Positions 15,212 to 15,755 of a DNA stretch of 15,755 nt are shown one piece after another. The stretch is taken from positions 1-15,755 of the forward strand of contig JBJTQJ010000051.1 of the NCBI GenBank assembly GCA_046075565.1, read 5' to 3'. The translations under genes and the position numbers were made by a program. Each line of letters starts with the position of its first letter. Positions within the stretch are counted from its first letter, which is position 1. Source of the DNA: Verrucomicrobiales bacterium. GTDB taxonomy: Bacteria; Verrucomicrobiota; Verrucomicrobiia; Verrucomicrobiales; SLCJ01. Below the pieces are notes generated by a model. It saw only the letters and a list, made by a program, of their open reading frames with translations. It did not search any database and was not told the origin of the DNA.

Positions 15212-15529
15212 ATGTCTTCCCCCCACACCCTCCACGAGTGGCGCGAACGCGCCGAGGATGGCGACCATCGTTTTTATCGAGTTTGGCGGGGCAAAGGCAA
15301 ATGGCATTTCCTCACCACCCTCAAATCCGACCCCGACTGGATGCCGGTCGATGACCCCGACCTCGATTTCCTCACCGCCCTGCGGGAAAAACTTTTCGAC
15401 AAATACCAGCGCCGCCGCGTGCCATGGGAGCAAGTCCAGGAGATCGACAAGATGATCGAGGCGAAAGGCAGGACGCCAGGTAATGAGGAAGAAGCAGAAG
15501 CGACTGCTACGGACGATGTTGAATTCTGA
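15212..15529 (+). CDS. Hypothetical protein
   Basis: 105 aa, protein-like (HEWRERAEDG..RFYR...GKWHF, LREKLFDKYQRRRVPW), with an acidic tail. Fills the gap between DUF2851 and murJ. Confidence 0.7.
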   Translation: MSSPHTLHEWRERAEDGDHRFYRVWRGKGKWHFLTTLKSDPDWMPVDDPDLDFLTALREKLFDKYQRRRVPWEQVQEIDKMIEAKGRTPGNEEEAEATATDDVEF

Positions 15530-15620
15530 GCGCACGCCCCCGCCGAAATGATCCAGTCTTGCCAGAACGGAGCCGCCATGTCCTTCCCTGCAACCCCAAC
15601 CAAAAAACACTGACCCTCGC

Positions 15621-15755
15621 ATGTCCGAAGAGAAACCCACCGGCTCGACGCGCAAGGCTAGTTATCTGGTCGGCGCGGCCGTCATGATCAGCCGCGTGCT
15701 CGGGTTGCTGCGTGAAATCGTCTTCAGTTCGCTCTTCGGCGGCACGCGCGCCTAC
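15621..15755 (+). CDS. murJ: Lipid II flippase MurJ (MviN), 3'-truncated by window edge
   Basis: Not in the ORF track. My translation from ATG 15621 is MSEEKPTGSTRKASYLVGAAVMISRVLGLLREIVFSSLFGGTRAY, containing the MurJ N-terminal SRxLGxxRE...FG motif. Confidence 0.85.
   Translation, partial: MSEEKPTGSTRKASYLVGAAVMISRVLGLLREIVFSSLFGGTRAY

Noticed and set aside
14684..15655. 323-aa minus-strand ORF
   Set aside because: It overlaps DUF2851 out of frame and is antisense to the 15212 gene and murJ; no motifs.

Overview
GC-rich Gram-negative bacterial chromosomal window, probably Verrucomicrobiota (an inference from gene repertoire and protein style). Left to right: the 3' part of a sialate O-acetylesterase-like gene (+); a tandem two-domain redoxin (-); then a minus-strand cell-envelope block, transcribed as OmpA-domain protein with a TonB/TolA-like SxxxH anchor > Zn-ribbon TPM-like protein > TPM-like protein > DUF3108-like lipoprotein (broken by two +1 frameshifts) > BamD-like TPR protein > LptE > rsmI. 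A small accessory patch follows: HExxH protein, MazG/dCTPase-like enzyme, DUF2721, and a lower-GC orphan gene bracketed by REP-like palindromes. Next is a minus-strand block DUF2851 > acpP > hypothetical > LysM/YkuD-like protein lacking catalytic residues > accA, and finally a small hypothetical and the start of murJ (+). I saw no rRNA, tRNA, CRISPR array, transposase or integrase. Most notable: (i) the coupled OmpA/TPM/TPM/lipoprotein operon without LemA; (ii) the REP-bounded orphan cassette with a nested repeat insertion; (iii) a recurring sigma70 promoter geometry implying leaderless mRNAs; (iv) the doubly frameshifted lipoprotein. Family assignments come from motif recognition only; no database searches were run.
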